63,539 nt of DNA, filler included, from Rhabdomonas costata (GCA_019059605.1; 48 parts of 48 records of this genome joined end to end with filler, not necessarily neighbours in it), one strand, 5' to 3'; counted from the whole stretch's first letter, positions 35,949-49,639 are shown. Made by a program: numbers and translations. Notes: generated by a model not told the origin, from the sequence alone.

Positions 35949-36614
35949 GCTTGAAAACGTTTCGCTGCTGCTGCGCTACGGCGCCAACGCCGCTGCTCGC
36001 AACTCGGATGGCCTCACGGCGAGGGACAAAGCCATAGAAGGCCAGCGCAGCGGCAAGCATCAGGGCCCGGCCCACCGGTAACTACCCCCACACACATACA
36101 CACACGACCCCGGGAGTCACTGGTGCATCGAAAGCGGTGAATTGTTGGCAGCAATTGTTCGGTTGGATCCCATCAGCTTCTGGCACACGCTCTCTCTGCG
36201 TCGCTATTTATTGGGATGCTCTGGGACAGCGTTGTCTAAAGCCTCCTTCATCCACCAAGACTAAAGAGGGCATTCCCTTGCTTCCCCATGGGGACAGTGT
36301 TTGCTTTGTCACGTACTGTGTGTTAATTTTGGTTAGAAAGGAGCTCCTCCGGAATGCACAAACGGCGAGGTGCCCATGGCGCCCATGGCTTCAGCTGCTG
36401 TCCCCAAGTGGGTGTCAACCGTGACGAGTGCGAATTATCCGAGCGGTTCCCTTTTTTTATTTTGTGTGTCCGCGGAAAAGGTATACTGAGGTGATCGAGC
36501 TGCTGTCCCGCCAGCAGGGGGTTCCGGTTGCCCCAGTGCAACAGCAACAGCAGCCACAGCCGCAGCCGCAGCCGCAGCCGCAGCAAGCACCCGCGGCTTA
36601 CCCGGCTATCCAAG
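35949..36614 (+). CDS. Ankyrin-repeat protein with Q/P-rich tail, exons 35949-36077 and 36481-36614
   Basis: LENVSLLLRYGANAAARNSDGLTARDKA is an ankyrin consensus; in-phase join HR|YTEVIELL; QQQQQPQPQPQP. Confidence 0.8.
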
Positions 36615-38497
36615 GTGGTCTGCAACGCAACAAAGACTGCAATACACAAGAGATCCCGAGGGGTTAAGCCAAGTTTAAGTTAACTGACCTGGCTTGGATC
36701 TGCCACTCCACATAATCTTTCCTCGAGAAGGAATTGGTTCAGCCAATACATGAATGAAGAGCTCTTGCGTGTGACTCTTCTGGATCTAGGTTCTTTTTCT
36801 CACCTCTTAGTTTTTCATCATGCCTTTTAGTGATAAGCACAATACCTTTACAGTGGCGTTCAACCACGAAGTGAGGCGTGGGGTTGTTTTCTTTGCGCGC
36901 ACGTAAGAATAGCGAGGGACGCATATCCCTCACTCTTTTCATCATTCCGAGCGCAGAGGCGGGGTGGACTTGGCTGTCCGTTCATGGCTACTGCAAATCG
37001 AGCCACACCTCTACCCCACCCCCACCCAACACNNNNNNNNNNNNNNNNNNNNNNNNNNNNNNNNNNNNNNNNNNNNTTAATTAATTAANNNNNNNNNNNN
37101 NNNNNNNNNNNNNNNNNNNNNNNNNNNNNNNNAAAGAGAAAAAGAGAAATGGTCAGCACACGTAGACACGTCTGGAAGTGAGGAAGAGACTGAACTTGTA
37201 TAAAAAAAATAATGGAAGTATGCAGGGAAAGCCGAAAACCACTCCAGCTGCCTCGCGAAGCCCGTGATGTGGAATAACTGCGCAGGAAACGGATAGTAGA
37301 AAAGAAGTGGAACAAGAAGGCCGCCCAGGAAATGGTAAAACTGCTTGAATTCTTGGAGGCTTGGATGCTTGAATGGCGGTTGCAGCCCAAATGCGATTCA
37401 CTTCATTGATTGAGGTGGAGATGGTGGAGATAAACGATTAACGATAAAGCTAAAATAACTTGCGAAAAGGTCAAGTCAGCACCCTCAAAAACGCTTGGTT
37501 TTTAGTGCAAAGGGGTTAGGAAAGTGCTCCCTATGTTATTGGTTTATCTTACCACCTCAAACCTCAAAGCGACTGCTCGCCAAGGACCGACTTTTTGTTG
37601 GGATGCGAGGGACGAGTGGGACATTGGTTAAGAGCGACCTTCAGTTTAGGGGTGAGGACCAGCGACGCGGCCGCCGGAGCGGGCGACTTGGGCGGTAAAT
37701 TGACCTGGGAGGGGTAACGCCTTGTTTGATAATATTTTCGAACATAAAAAATTGGTGCCACTAGTAACGGTAAATAGTGAGAACGGGTACGACGGGCAAC
37801 GACACATCAACCCCACCCCCAAATATAAGAGCACGGTACCGCAAGACCCCCAGCATTGCCGGAACTGCCGCAAAGCAGCCCGCAGTGCAAACCAGAGACA
37901 CACCGGCAAGGTTCGGAGCCACGACTGCGACGTGAACCAGCAGCGGGTGCAGATCCTCACAGAAGGAATGCCAGGAAACCCCCGTGGGCGGGGGGGCTCT
38001 GGCCCCACGACGAGAGACCCTTGGTGTGCGGGCGAAGGATGGGGCGCTGTGATGCTTTTGCTCTCCCCGCCTTGCGAAAATCCGCGGCACAGGAAGGGCC
38101 TCCGAGGGCAAGACCATCCCGAGGGACAGCCCACCCACAGCAGCAGAAATTGCCGGCCAGTCCTTCTTCTGGATTCCACCCAGTTCAGCGGGCGTTGCCA
38201 GCCAGCTTTTCTGGGTTTCGCCCACAGATGCGGACGCTACCAGCCCGTCCTTTCTGTGGATCTCTGCGCAATGGGCACTTCTCCACGCCGGACTCGCGCT
38301 GAAGGCTGAAAGGGAAGAAAGTGCACCGAAGAAAGGGAAAAAAAACANNNNNNNNNNNNNNNNNNNNNNNNNNNNNNNNNNNNNNNNNNNNTTAATTAAT
38401 TAANNNNNNNNNNNNNNNNNNNNNNNNNNNNNNNNNNNNNNNNNNNNGTGTTGGGTTCGATTAGGCTTCTTTTTGAATCTTCTCCCGCTGCATGGCA

Positions 38498-38582
38498 GCT
38501 TCTCGAGGGTGCAGATCCCCTCTGCTGCTGGGCGGAGGTTCTTGGGAAACCTAAACGGCGTATAGAACCGCGGTTCTTGGGG
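38498..38582 (-). repeat. Dispersed intronic repeat, copy 2 (see 1993-2072)
   Basis: 36-bp identity at 38517-38552 with similar flanks. Confidence 0.85.
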
Positions 38583-38721
38583 TTTGCTCTCACACCGCTC
38601 ACTTTTAAGGTTGGGCGCAATCCAGCAATCTTCACGAAAGATAACCGGAAAAAGGGAGAAACAACCCTCGCACGGTTTGCGAGCTTAGGAAAAATGGGGT
38701 GTGACCGGGGGGGGGGCACAC

Positions 38722-38872
38722 CGATCCGTGATCCTCGGTTCGCTTCAGCAGGTTGAAGATGGCCTGGTGGTTGTACTTCCCTTCCCTGGGGTACAGGTCC
38801 AGGTAAAAGTGGCCCAGAAGCTTGTCTTGGGCCGGATCCACAACAGCGAAGAGCTTGACGCTGTCATGCCAC
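38722..38872 (-). CDS. Exon of an M3A metallopeptidase (thimet oligopeptidase/neurolysin family)
   Basis: cacag|exon|gtgtgc; [12 protein letters not shown]...[20 protein letters not shown]. Confidence 0.92.
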
Positions 38873-39959
38873 CTGTGCATGGGGTCAAGTGCCCACTGTG
38901 ACTAGAAGTGATCCCTTGATTTTGTCTGAGTACAGACGTATACTGTAGCATTGCAGAATAAGAGAAAGGCCACCGCAACCAAAAAAAAACTCTGCACATT
39001 GACACAATTGACAGTCGCACCCACGAGGACCTGTAATGAGTCCTGCAAAAGAGGTAAGGTGGCCCAGAAGGTCAGGCGAGGGGACAATGCGAAGCGTCTG
39101 CGATTCTGCCACTGGGTTATATCAAAGTGGAGATTACCCCGCTTCTTGCTGATCGCAGATGAGGCCCAATTCAGCCTTGATGGCAGTATGAACAAGCAAA
39201 ACTGGCGATTGTGGGGAACTGAGATCCACATGCCATGGCGGTAACCCGGAAACGCAGAAAATGGTATGTAACCATTTTTCAAAGTTTTTTATTGGCCTAT
39301 TTTAATGCTGCTGTCTGAGGACATGACATGACATAAAACCCGAAGTTTTCTGGAGTGCGAGCTGAAAAATGGGTGAGATATGGAGCAATGCTAAGTGATT
39401 AGTGCACCGAAAGCGCGATTCTTTCTTTCGGTTGATTACGTGTTTGCGTTATAATTTTTGAAGGGATCTGTGACCGGAGAGGGGTGTTTAAAGTCGGGAT
39501 TGAACACAACCATAAAGTTGTGGTGCAGTTCTGAGTTGTAGCACACTTTAGCTTGTTTTTTTAAACACCAAGCAAAACGCACATTCAGTTTTCCAGTCCA
39601 TCTCAGGCCCGAGAATGGGAGCAATTGAGACAAAACACCGCGTGCATACCTGCAAAAAAAAAGACAAAAACACNNNNNNNNNNNNNNNNNNNNNNNNNNN
39701 NNNNNNNNNNNNNNNNNTTAATTAATTAANNNNNNNNNNNNNNNNNNNNNNNNNNNNNNNNNNNNNNNNNNNNGGTGGGGCCACACTGTCGCAGGAAGGT
39801 GACAATGGGAAGTTACATCTCGTGGCGTGCCGGCCGAGAAAGCTGTCGACTGCAGAAAAGAATTACCCGGTACACGAGAAGTAAATGCTAGCGTTGGTGG
39901 ATACATTGGAGGAGTGGAGACATTACCTGTTGGGGGAAGAAGTTAGAGTGCACACGGAT

Positions 39960-40990
39960 AACTTAGCGTTGAGTTACCAGCGGAAGAACACCCGACAGTC
40001 TACAAGACAAGTTAGATAGCTAGAAAAGTTGCAGAGATATACGCCGAAGATCTCTCATGTTCATGGAAGACTAATGTGGCAGCGGACGCGTTGTCGCGTC
40101 ACCCGCTAGATGAAACGAGCCTTGGAGCGATAAAGGAAGGTAAATGTTTTGTGCCAGTGTTTTTCGACTGACCGCTGTGCGCACATGCGCGTTGTAACAG
40201 CAGAGGAGCCAGAAGATTGGTGGAAGGACTACTCGATCGACCAAGCTGTAGGGAGAAAGTACTTCAACGTGACGACGGCAGAGCTGCTGGACCAGACAAA
40301 GTGGCATCATGGACGTGTTTGGGATAAAGCGAAAATTGTGGTGCCATACAATCGGATCGAGAAGTTATATCGCGTTATCATTATTCCCCAGACGCAGGAC
40401 ATTGGTGAGTGGCTAGAACTTCAGCGATGATAAAGAGGACGTTTGTTTTCAAGAACATCAAGAGAAAGGTGAAAGCTTATGTGCGGACTTGTGATATAGT
40501 CAACGTTGCAAGGCGGATCATCATCTGCCGATAGGCCACGCGCAAGTGCTGGATGTGCCAGTGAACAAGTGGGAGTCTATTTTTATGGACTTCGCCAAAA
40601 TTCCAGAGGGGCCATGTAAGTTCTCTGGAGGTGGTCAAGCGGTAAATACGATTTTGGCGGTGACGGATAGAGCGACCAAGATGGTGGTGTTGATTCCATG
40701 CCACAATACGATAAATGCGTACGATATAGCAGAGTTGTTTTGGTTGGAAGTAGTTAGATATCATGGTTTGCCGAGGAGCATTGTGATTGATAGATACCAG
40801 ATTTTCATGTCGTTGTTTTGGAAAGAGCTAATGGCATTTATGGACATAAAGTCGAGGATGTCGTCCTCATCCTCAGACGAACGGTCAGGCAGAGAGGACT
40901 AATTATACGATAAAACAAGTGTTTCTGACGTTGATGTACGCGCACCCAGGTACAGCGTGGATGGATTTGGTGGTGCTAACCAAGATTGCG
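39960..40990 (+). mobile_element. Ty3/Gypsy LTR retrotransposon pol relic: RNase H end, integrase zinc region and core
   Basis: NVAADALSR (~40073), VKAYVRTCD, WESIFMDF, HGLPRSIV, HPQTNGQAERTN (~40867-40902); several frameshifts and stops. Confidence 0.92.
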
Positions 40991-42829
40991 ACAAACAACA
41001 NNNNNNNNNNNNNNNNNNNNNNNNNNNNNNNNNNNNNNNNNNNNTTAATTAATTAANNNNNNNNNNNNNNNNNNNNNNNNNNNNNNNNNNNNNNNNNNNN
41101 TAGAAGGAGAGTGCAGCGTCGGCACTGAGGGCAGGGGCTTCCGCAGGATTTGATGTGCAATAATCATTCACCAGAGTGCGGAGGGAAAGAAGACCCTCCC
41201 TCACGCGCCTCAGCATCTGGAAAAAGGTTGCAAGTTGAAGCCGAGCAGAAGGGACCAAAGCGAACACTTCGCTGTGGAAAAGGAAACACTCACACCTCAT
41301 TTTCACCCAAAACAGTTTTGAAAATTGTGGTTTGGTCGCGGAAATATTGGACAATAAGGTATGTTTAGGAGGCGCTGCTGGGTATCAGGGTCAGAGAGAG
41401 GGTGGCGTCAGACGCCTGACACCAACCGTCATGCCTTCTAACCAGGGCAGGTGGAATTGCAAATTGGTGAGACCGAAAATACGATGCAAAAGAAAGAAAG
41501 AAAGAAAGAAAAAAAGCACGAAAATTTGGAAAACGAGGAGTGGATTACCCGCGGATCCTCAAAACCCACCTTTTCACCCGGGTGAAAAATCCCAAATCGA
41601 TGATCCATGATGCTCCAAAAGTTATGGGAAGCAAGCCCTCGGCAATTACATCCGAACCTATTGTGGAAGGAGCGAGCGTCACCTTCAACCGCCGCATCCT
41701 GGAATGAAGAAAGCCCTGGCCGCAGCCAGCGGGGGGCTGGCCCAGGTGCGCTTTACCTCTTCTGCATATGCATGGTTGTGTTTCCTTTGTTTGGCCGTCT
41801 GCAGCAACGGAATCATGGCAAACGTGAATGGGTGGAACAAAAAAAAAGTGGCTTCGGTATGAAAAACTGAGATGGTTGCGTGATTTTCTTGTTTCACCGA
41901 AGACTTCAGAACTTCACCTCGTCTGCACTGCTGGGGTTTTTCTGTCTTGTATTGCAGCATGAGTAGTGTGCGTACGTCAGCGCGCTTGTGGCAGCAGTAG
42001 GTTGAGATGCCTATGATCAGCCATTTGGTTTTCATCGCTTTGTGGAAGGGTGGGGGGCGCGGGCTGTTCAGCTGGTGAGCGCTGCCCTGGCTGAGGCCCT
42101 GGACCGGGTGCAGCTGGTGGTGCTGCACAACAAGATGGACTTTGCATGCCTGGATCTGACTCGCCGGCCGGGCTGCAGCTTCTGCAGCCTCGCGGTGTCT
42201 TTCTTTTTGCCCGTAAGCCCACCACTCTAAAAGTCCAATCGCAGCCTCCACATTCCAACATTCTCATTCCCCGGCACTAGTATCCACATGCCCCCCCCTC
42301 AGGAGTATCCAGATGCCCCCCACACCNNNNNNNNNNNNNNNNNNNNNNNNNNNNNNNNNNNNNNNNNNNNTTAATTAATTAANNNNNNNNNNNNNNNNNN
42401 NNNNNNNNNNNNNNNNNNNNNNNNNNGGAGCGTAAATGGAAAGTCTTTGAGATACAGGCACTCCCAGCGGCAGAGTCGTTTCGTATAACCTGCCCTTCAC
42501 GCCGGTAAAAATCAGTAGGGAAAGCGGCAGTCTTGGCAACGCTTGGTGAGTAAGTTTCAGCTTTAGCAGTGGAGAAAGACGAGCCTAAAGACTCTTTGGT
42601 GCGCTCATGATTAATGGGCAGTAACGAGCCAAGAGAAAAAGAGGAAATATTACCACAGCGGAGGATTAGAGAGCGCTGGCGAGAGCGCAGGAACTAAAGT
42701 GGAAATCTAGAAAGAAGTTGAAGAATTCGCCTCGCAAAACGGTAAAACGGTGGAAAAGTTAATCAAGGAAGTTGATCACACGGTCTGTGGACCAGACTGT
42801 GAGGTGCATACCGTACCTCCTGCGATACT

Positions 42830-43620
42830 GGAGCTTAACAAGGAGTTTTCCCATCTCTTTCCAGAGAAGGTGCCATGGTGACTCAACCCTTCGAGAACGG
42901 ACAATAGAATCGATTTACTGCCAGATAGTAAGGCCCCAGCGCAGAGACTGTACCGGATGTCACCATCGGAAGATCAGGAGCTGATGAAGCAGCTTAAATT
43001 GCTGCAGGACTTGTGCTTCATCGAGTCGGCGACATCGATGTTTGGGGCGGGAGTGTTGTTCGTTCAGAAAGCGACGGGAAGCTGAGGTTGTGCGTGTACT
43101 ACCGCCTTCTGAATGCAATCTTGTACCAGTTTCCGAGGATTGACGAGATGATTGACAGGGCGGGACACTAAACGTGGTTCACGGAATTAGATTTGCATTC
43201 ATGCTTTCACCAGATCAGGATCCATCCGACTCACATTGAGAGTACGGCATTCAAGACAATGTACGTGGCGTTCCAGTTTTTAGTGATTCCGTTCTGGCTG
43301 TGCAATGCGCCAGCAACGTTTCATAGAACCATTTATTTCGTGCTGCAGGATCTGAGAGAGTTCTCAGTAGCGTACGTGGACGACATCTTGGTGAACACAA
43401 ACACGGTAGAAGAATTGAGAGCTGTGTACGAGAGATTGGACAGAGAGAAGTTTTTGGCTAATCCACAGAAATGTGTTTTCGCGCAGCCAGAGGTAGAGTA
43501 TTGCTGGTTCATCATTGAGAGGAATGTGATCAGACCACAGCAGAATAAACTAATGGCCGTGCACGTATGGCCGAAGCTGAGGAACACGGTGTACGTAAAG
43601 AGGTTTATTCTGCTGTGGTC
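42830..43620 (+). mobile_element. Ty3/Gypsy reverse transcriptase relic
   Basis: GVLFVQK, LRLCV, FPRIDEM, LDLHSCFHQIRI, TAFKT, CNAPATF, YVDDIL (43372-), KCVF; in-frame stop and frameshifts. Confidence 0.95.
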
Positions 43621-43753
43621 TGATCACATTCCTCTCAATGATGAACCAACAACNNNNNNNNNNNNNNNNNNNNNNNNNNNNNNNNNNNNNNNNNNNNTTA
43701 ATTAATTAANNNNNNNNNNNNNNNNNNNNNNNNNNNNNNNNNNNNNNNNNNNN

Positions 43754-44863
43754 AGGGGTGGAGGACGCGGTGGCATCGGGGTGGGCCACGCGGAGCAGCT
43801 TGAGCATGCCTCGCACCAGGCTGAGCAGGACCTCGTCGGTAAGGATGTCCAGCTCGCGAGTATCCGCGACTTCCGCAGGAAAGTACACTTGCTGTACAGA
43901 GATTGCCAACAGAGGTTGACAGGGAGGAGGGGTATGTTGGCCCGGTGGTGCTCTGGTGGTTAACAGCGGCGTAACAAAAAGATGGCCGTCAAAGGTTTAA
44001 AAATACAGGTTCGCTGAAGTCGCCCCTACACCTGGAAAGATTTTGCATTTCGGTGAAAAATTAAAGCAAAACTGTGGCACTTCAAATGAAAAATAATGGT
44101 TTCCAAATTGATCTTTTTTCATCTGAACCCCTCGAGAAGTGCAATGGTTTTGGTGCAAGCTTTCCTTTTAAGGTGGCATGGGCAATATCTAACTTGCTCG
44201 CCACACGCAGTGGAAGGCAGCCTTCTCATCATTCGTGTTCAGCCAACTGCAGAAGTAGGGGGATCGTTTTTGAAATCTGAATTCTTTTCAAAGAACGTTT
44301 CCTTTTGAAGATTATTAATCGGAAGACAAGAAAGCGTCGCCGCAGCATAAATGAAAAAAAATCCCAACCAACTTTCGATCGTAAAGTCACGAGCGGATCA
44401 AAGCTGTCAGAATGGCATCCTGGGCCCCCACTCACAGCGAACCTCCAAGCTGAAATCTTCGGCCACGTCACTGCCGTCCACAACGGCCTGCACGATGTTG
44501 AACTGCGGAATGAACTGCGCGGCGGTAGCCCGAACAAAGCGCTTCTGCTCTCGAGGCAACACCGCGTCCTCAACCTTGTTGGGAGCAGACGAGAGCCACC
44601 GAAGCAAACTTTCCGGAGGTGGGTGGGCTGACGTAAGTTGAGGGTGGCCACATGGCGCAGGGGCACTGTTAGCTTTGACGAACGGACAACTGCAAAGCTC
44701 TCACAGGTCTCACGACAAACCGGGCAAAGCCGAAGCAGGGACCCTTTTACACCGCGGGCCTCCCGAAAGACGGGCCTTTTCACCTAGAGTAATGTCGAAT
44801 GAGCCCTTCTGGCTCTCCTGCGCCTTCAAGACGTTGCGCAACAATTTCTCGCATTTTACAAAC
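43754..44863 (-). CDS. Three in-phase exons (44863-44784, 44627-44443, 43891-contig start) of an unknown protein
   Basis: GT-AG joins give FVKCEKLL...FDITL|AHPPPESLLRW...DFSLE|QVYFPAEVADTRELDILTDEV. Confidence 0.6.
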
Positions 44864-45220
44864 CTGCGATGTGAGTAGTGGGAATGCAGAATGCAGGCAC
44901 CTCTGCTGCGCGCCCGCCTCGGGAGGCCTTCAGGGTGGCCCTCCTCCGCTGCGGGCTCAGGAACAGCCCCCCACAACNNNNNNNNNNNNNNNNNNNNNNN
45001 NNNNNNNNNNNNNNNNNNNNNTTAATTAATTAANNNNNNNNNNNNNNNNNNNNNNNNNNNNNNNNNNNNNNNNNNNNGGGGGGGTGTTGGGGTGTGGCTG
45101 GTCTCTGGTTTCTGGTTCCTCTCTGGTTTTCGGTTGGCAGGCGCGAGGTTGGACACAAGGACGCAGCCTGGTCTGCTTGATCCTTTATTTGTGTTATTTC
45201 TCTTGTGGGGGTGGAAAAAG

Positions 45221-46200
45221 GTGGAGCTATTCACGGAGATGGTGGCTCTGGTGCCCTCGGTGCCGGCCTACGGTCGAAAGTCTGTCGGGTTCATGACCCT
45301 CTTCCGGGAGCTTCTGGCTTCCACGTCACAGGTTCAAACATCCCTTCAAAGCGGACAGCTTTCTGCAGGCAATATCATACCATATAATACCATACAATAT
45401 CATAATATCATACAATATCATACCATTTGCTTTGTCCCATATCATATCATACTCCTGGGTGATTGCACGGAAATCCTTTTGTGAGCCGTAGTGGGTTCAT
45501 CACACACCAGTTCGGAGTTTTCGAAAGCCAGCTAACTCTATGGGTTGGCGTGTTTTCGATTGCCTTATCTCTCCGATTGTTTAATGATGGCGAAGATTGT
45601 TATGAGCCCGTCTGCCGACAAGCTCAGTGTGCGACTCTGCCGGTCGCGTTTTTTTTTCGCTGGTGATTCCTTCGCACAGCTACTCGGTAGCCCCGGGGGG
45701 CTTCTGACTTCGGAGGGCAATCTGCGGCTCTCACAGACCTACGAGCGGATGACCGAGTACCTCACTGCAACCTTCCGAAAGCAGAACAGCTTGATTGCCG
45801 GTGACGTGTGTGTGTGTGTAACCCGGTTGGCTTGCACATTGGGGTCAATGGTGGTGGTGATTTTTGTTAGGGCTGTCTTCTTTTACGGTGACGAACGAAA
45901 ATGTGTTGCCTAGCTCTACTTCTTTTTCTTCTTTGCTGTCTTTGCTGCCGAGACGTGCACCACGTGCTACGTTGCCGGTAACCCAAACAAAGCAATGCGC
46001 CATTGCATACGATGCATTGCCTCACCTCCTTGCAATTCGTCCCTTTCGTTCCCGCAGACCACCCCAATGCCCCTCTTTACGAATCCCTCCGGCGAGTGCT
46101 GCAGTCGTTCAGCGGGTACTACTTCGAGTCCAGCCCGTGCCCCGTGTGCAACGATGCCGATCTGGTGCCCTACACGGAGTATATGCTGGCAAATCTGCAG
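45221..46200 (+). CDS. UBR4: E3 ubiquitin ligase UBR4/BIG/Pushover, exons 45221-45331, 45680-45800, 46058-46200
   Basis: PAYGRKSVGF; QNSLIA|DHPNAPLYESL..FSGYYFESSPCPVCND matches UBR4 NHPNS.IY..L...DGYYLES.PC.VC. Confidence 0.88.
45372..45452. repeat. Degenerate pentanucleotide microsatellite (ATACC/ATATC/ATACA) in a UBR4 intron
   Basis: Visible period-5 repeat. Confidence 0.75.
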
Positions 46201-47422
46201 GTCCTCGCAAACAATAGCACTGACACGCACACGCACACGCACACCCACACCCACACCCACACCCACACCTCCCGGCACACCACACCCCAAACACACTCAC
46301 CACNNNNNNNNNNNNNNNNNNNNNNNNNNNNNNNNNNNNNNNNNNNNTTAATTAATTAANNNNNNNNNNNNNNNNNNNNNNNNNNNNNNNNNNNNNNNNN
46401 NNNTGTTTTTGGGTCAGAAGAGGGTCACCGCATTATTTCTCTTGGTGTTACGTTAGAGGTTTGAGTGAGGGTGGAACTCCAGCAATACTGGTGGACGGAC
46501 GAGCAAGACAGCATTCGTTCAGGCCCGTCGAACCGGGCTGCCGAGGAGGGAACGTGACCGGGACCTGGGCCGTTTATGCCGGTAACGCAAGGTCCTGTAA
46601 AAGCAGTTACCACTGATAACAACTTTAACTCCGGTCCCCAGCACAATATCAATGACCAATACCAACAAGGAAGAGGCCATTACATATGTGCATTCATGTG
46701 CATGTAATGCACCCAATGCAGGCGGCAACAGCAGGTGCAAGAAATTTACGCTGGGCACACGGAGCACACGGGGGACAGAAAAGTCCTGAAAATGCCCTGG
46801 CACCGCCTCCACACAGGCTTAGAGGGAGCAAGAGGAGGGGATCATGAAGGCAGCAGATCCGCGGACCTGAGTGTCATCCTTTAGAAGCCTCCGGTAGGCT
46901 TCAGACTGGGAAACCGCACTTCGACGTTCAGAGAAACGGACCTCCGATGCCTGAGGGTGAGAGGTGATGGGCACAAGGAATGCACTTATGCTTTGCGTTT
47001 GTGTTACTCATTGGCTCCCGTTATCGCCTTGCTGCGAACTCACTCCACTGCTTCCTTGCACAGTGCCACTAAACTTACCTCACTTTCCACCCCCCATTCT
47101 CAACTGTTGCTCGAGGTGAGATTTGTTAACTGAAGGACCATTGCACAAGGAACGTCATTTCAATGATACATGTAAGCCTCTCTCATTTCAAACATCAAGC
47201 TTCCTTGGGGATTAACAGAAAGCGCTCGAGTCATTGCTTGATCAACCCAGCACAATCTTGCCGTCCTTTGTCGGTACACAAGCATCCGTGAAAACGCAAC
47301 ACAACCCCCTGGGCCCAGGCTTGCAACTTGGTCCCCTTCTTGCACTTGCTCCGTCATCTCAGGTGTTCAGGCAGTATGGACAAGAACGAGACAAACGTTT
47401 GCAGCGCACAGATGCCACAAAC

Positions 47423-47542
47423 CCGATCCACGGACATATTGCTCAGCCATAGAATGAACACGTCGCGGTCGAACACGGGAGGGTCCCCAACAAAGACCTG
47501 GGCCGTTATCTGCAGCTCTGCCTCTCCCCCGCTGCCCTGCAT
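47423..47542 (-). CDS. FIBP: First coding exon of an FGF intracellular-binding protein (FIBP)-like gene
   Basis: MQGSGGEAELQITAQVFVGDPPVFDRDVFILWLSNMSVDR|gt, similar to the FIBP N-terminus DIFVGN...DEDVYRLWLDGYSV. Confidence 0.6.
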
Positions 47543-49639
47543 CTCAGCCTCTTTCGAACGACCACTCCTCGCTTCAAGGCAACAGGCGAACGAAAGCTGC
47601 AAACAACCCACACCAAACACACCCACCACNNNNNNNNNNNNNNNNNNNNNNNNNNNNNNNNNNNNNNNNNNNNTTAATTAATTAANNNNNNNNNNNNNNN
47701 NNNNNNNNNNNNNNNNNNNNNNNNNNNNNGGTGGGCTTCAGGTGGCCTCCAGCCATTTGCTTGGCCCCCGTTGAGTGGTTTTTCAATACGTTATGGGTGC
47801 TGTCATAAATCCTCCGCTGCTTGAGGCAAGAAGCGGTGCAAAAGGGACACGAAAGAGCCACCAAGGGGCACCAGTACAGGCCGAGGGACCCCAAGAACTG
47901 CCCGCGCAACAGATCGGGAGGCCTGCTGAAAGAACAAAAGACTTCCAGGCTTGATTCGGCGTGGCCCTCTTCCTTTTGAAGCTGCAGGCTCCCATTTACA
48001 AGGTTGGCTGTGGTTTGGGACTTGAAAATTGCCTGAGTGGTCTTGTGGTTTGAGTTACTGTTTTAGGTTTTGTGTGACCTCTTCGTGAGGTGCTCCGTTT
48101 TAGACTCAGCAGCGGTTGATGAGGTTGTCAATGTTCTACCCACTTATGCATCTCCTCAATGCTGCACCACCGACCCAGCAGAAATGCGTTCACCGTCTAT
48201 CCCGTAGAGGTTTTCGCGTATATCAGCATGCCAAAATACCCTCATCATCCCCCCATCCCGTATCTTGCTGCGCGATAAGCTCACGTCCCCCCCACAGTTG
48301 CAGTTTCGTTTCAGAGTTAAAGCCTTTCATTTCAAACACTCGTCTTTTGCCCCGTTGCCCCCCGTCACGGTCCCTCCGCTTCTCTTCTCGCAGGTGCCCG
48401 TTGGTCTCCTCGCGCTCGATGGGTGATCTCCACCGCTGCACCCCTCTCTCCTCGCGGAGTACCACCACAGCCACTGCCTCTCCTCCTTCCATCGTCCGCG
48501 CACCTCCCCTCCGCCCGACCTCCAGCATAGGTCCAAGGACGGCGATCCGGGCCACTCCCATCCTCTCCGGCCCAGAGCAAAAGGCAGGGTTCCTGCCCGC
48601 GCTGTCCAGCGGCAGCCCAGACAGCAGCAACCTGGGCACAGGCATGCACCCGGCACTGTGCTCGCCATAGGGGTGCGGCTTTGAGTTATCCTCACTTCTC
48701 CTCTGAAGGCACGCCATTGCCTATGCTGAAAATGTGCCCATGAGGAGACAATTTTGTTGTGTGGTGAAAACCTTCGGCTGCAGCTTTGCTGTATGTGTGT
48801 GTGGGGGGGGTGTGGTGTAGTTTTACCCGAGATATGCATTCTGAAGCATTCGGAATGGGTGTGAAAAAGCGATTACTTGTGCTAACGTGTTTTACTTTCT
48901 TTGTTGAAAGGTATAAATAATATTAATTGTCTTTCTGTGTCATTTCAACAAAAAANNNNNNNNNNNNNNNNNNNNNNNNNNNNNNNNNNNNNNNNNNNNT
49001 TAATTAATTAANNNNNNNNNNNNNNNNNNNNNNNNNNNNNNNNNNNNNNNNNNNNTGTTTTTGGGACAGCTCAGTTAACAACCTCGCCCTGAGCGATATA
49101 GGTAGTAATGAAAAGGTCCTCTCCGCACTGTGCCAGCAAATGCGGGGGTTGCTGGGCGGTTTGCGAAGGAGTTTTTTCTGCTGCTGCAGAGCAATGCATC
49201 CATTCCGCATTGGATTACTTGCTAATCTGCCGCCACCTTGACAAAAACAAATTGACTAACCTGATCGTCTTGAACTCACTTTCCTGCAAATCCGCAATCA
49301 GAGGAAATCGCACAATACGACCAGAAATGGGCAAAGATGCAATTGCGAAAAGCGGAAGTCTGCGAGTCACCGAGCAATCTCGCATAACATAATTACACCC
49401 AATCAACTGAAATGGGACTGAAAAATTCTCACCATCGATGATGTAGCATCAAGTATAGCGGAAAACAGACGGCAAGCAGAGGCCCAGAAAAAGCCACCGG
49501 TGTCCAGAAAGACAGTGGCCACTCATTTATCCTTCTCGTATTTTTCTTGTACAACAATGGCTCACCCCCACATTCGCTCGAAGTGAGTGATTTCACGACC
49601 TAAGAGTCCTTTCCAGACTACGATGATGGTGACGCCAGT

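Noticed and set aside
41001-42426. Reading the nearby Gypsy integrase and RT contigs as one element with Copia-like domain order
   Set aside because: They are separate contigs with linkers and an unrelated contig between them, so their order is arbitrary
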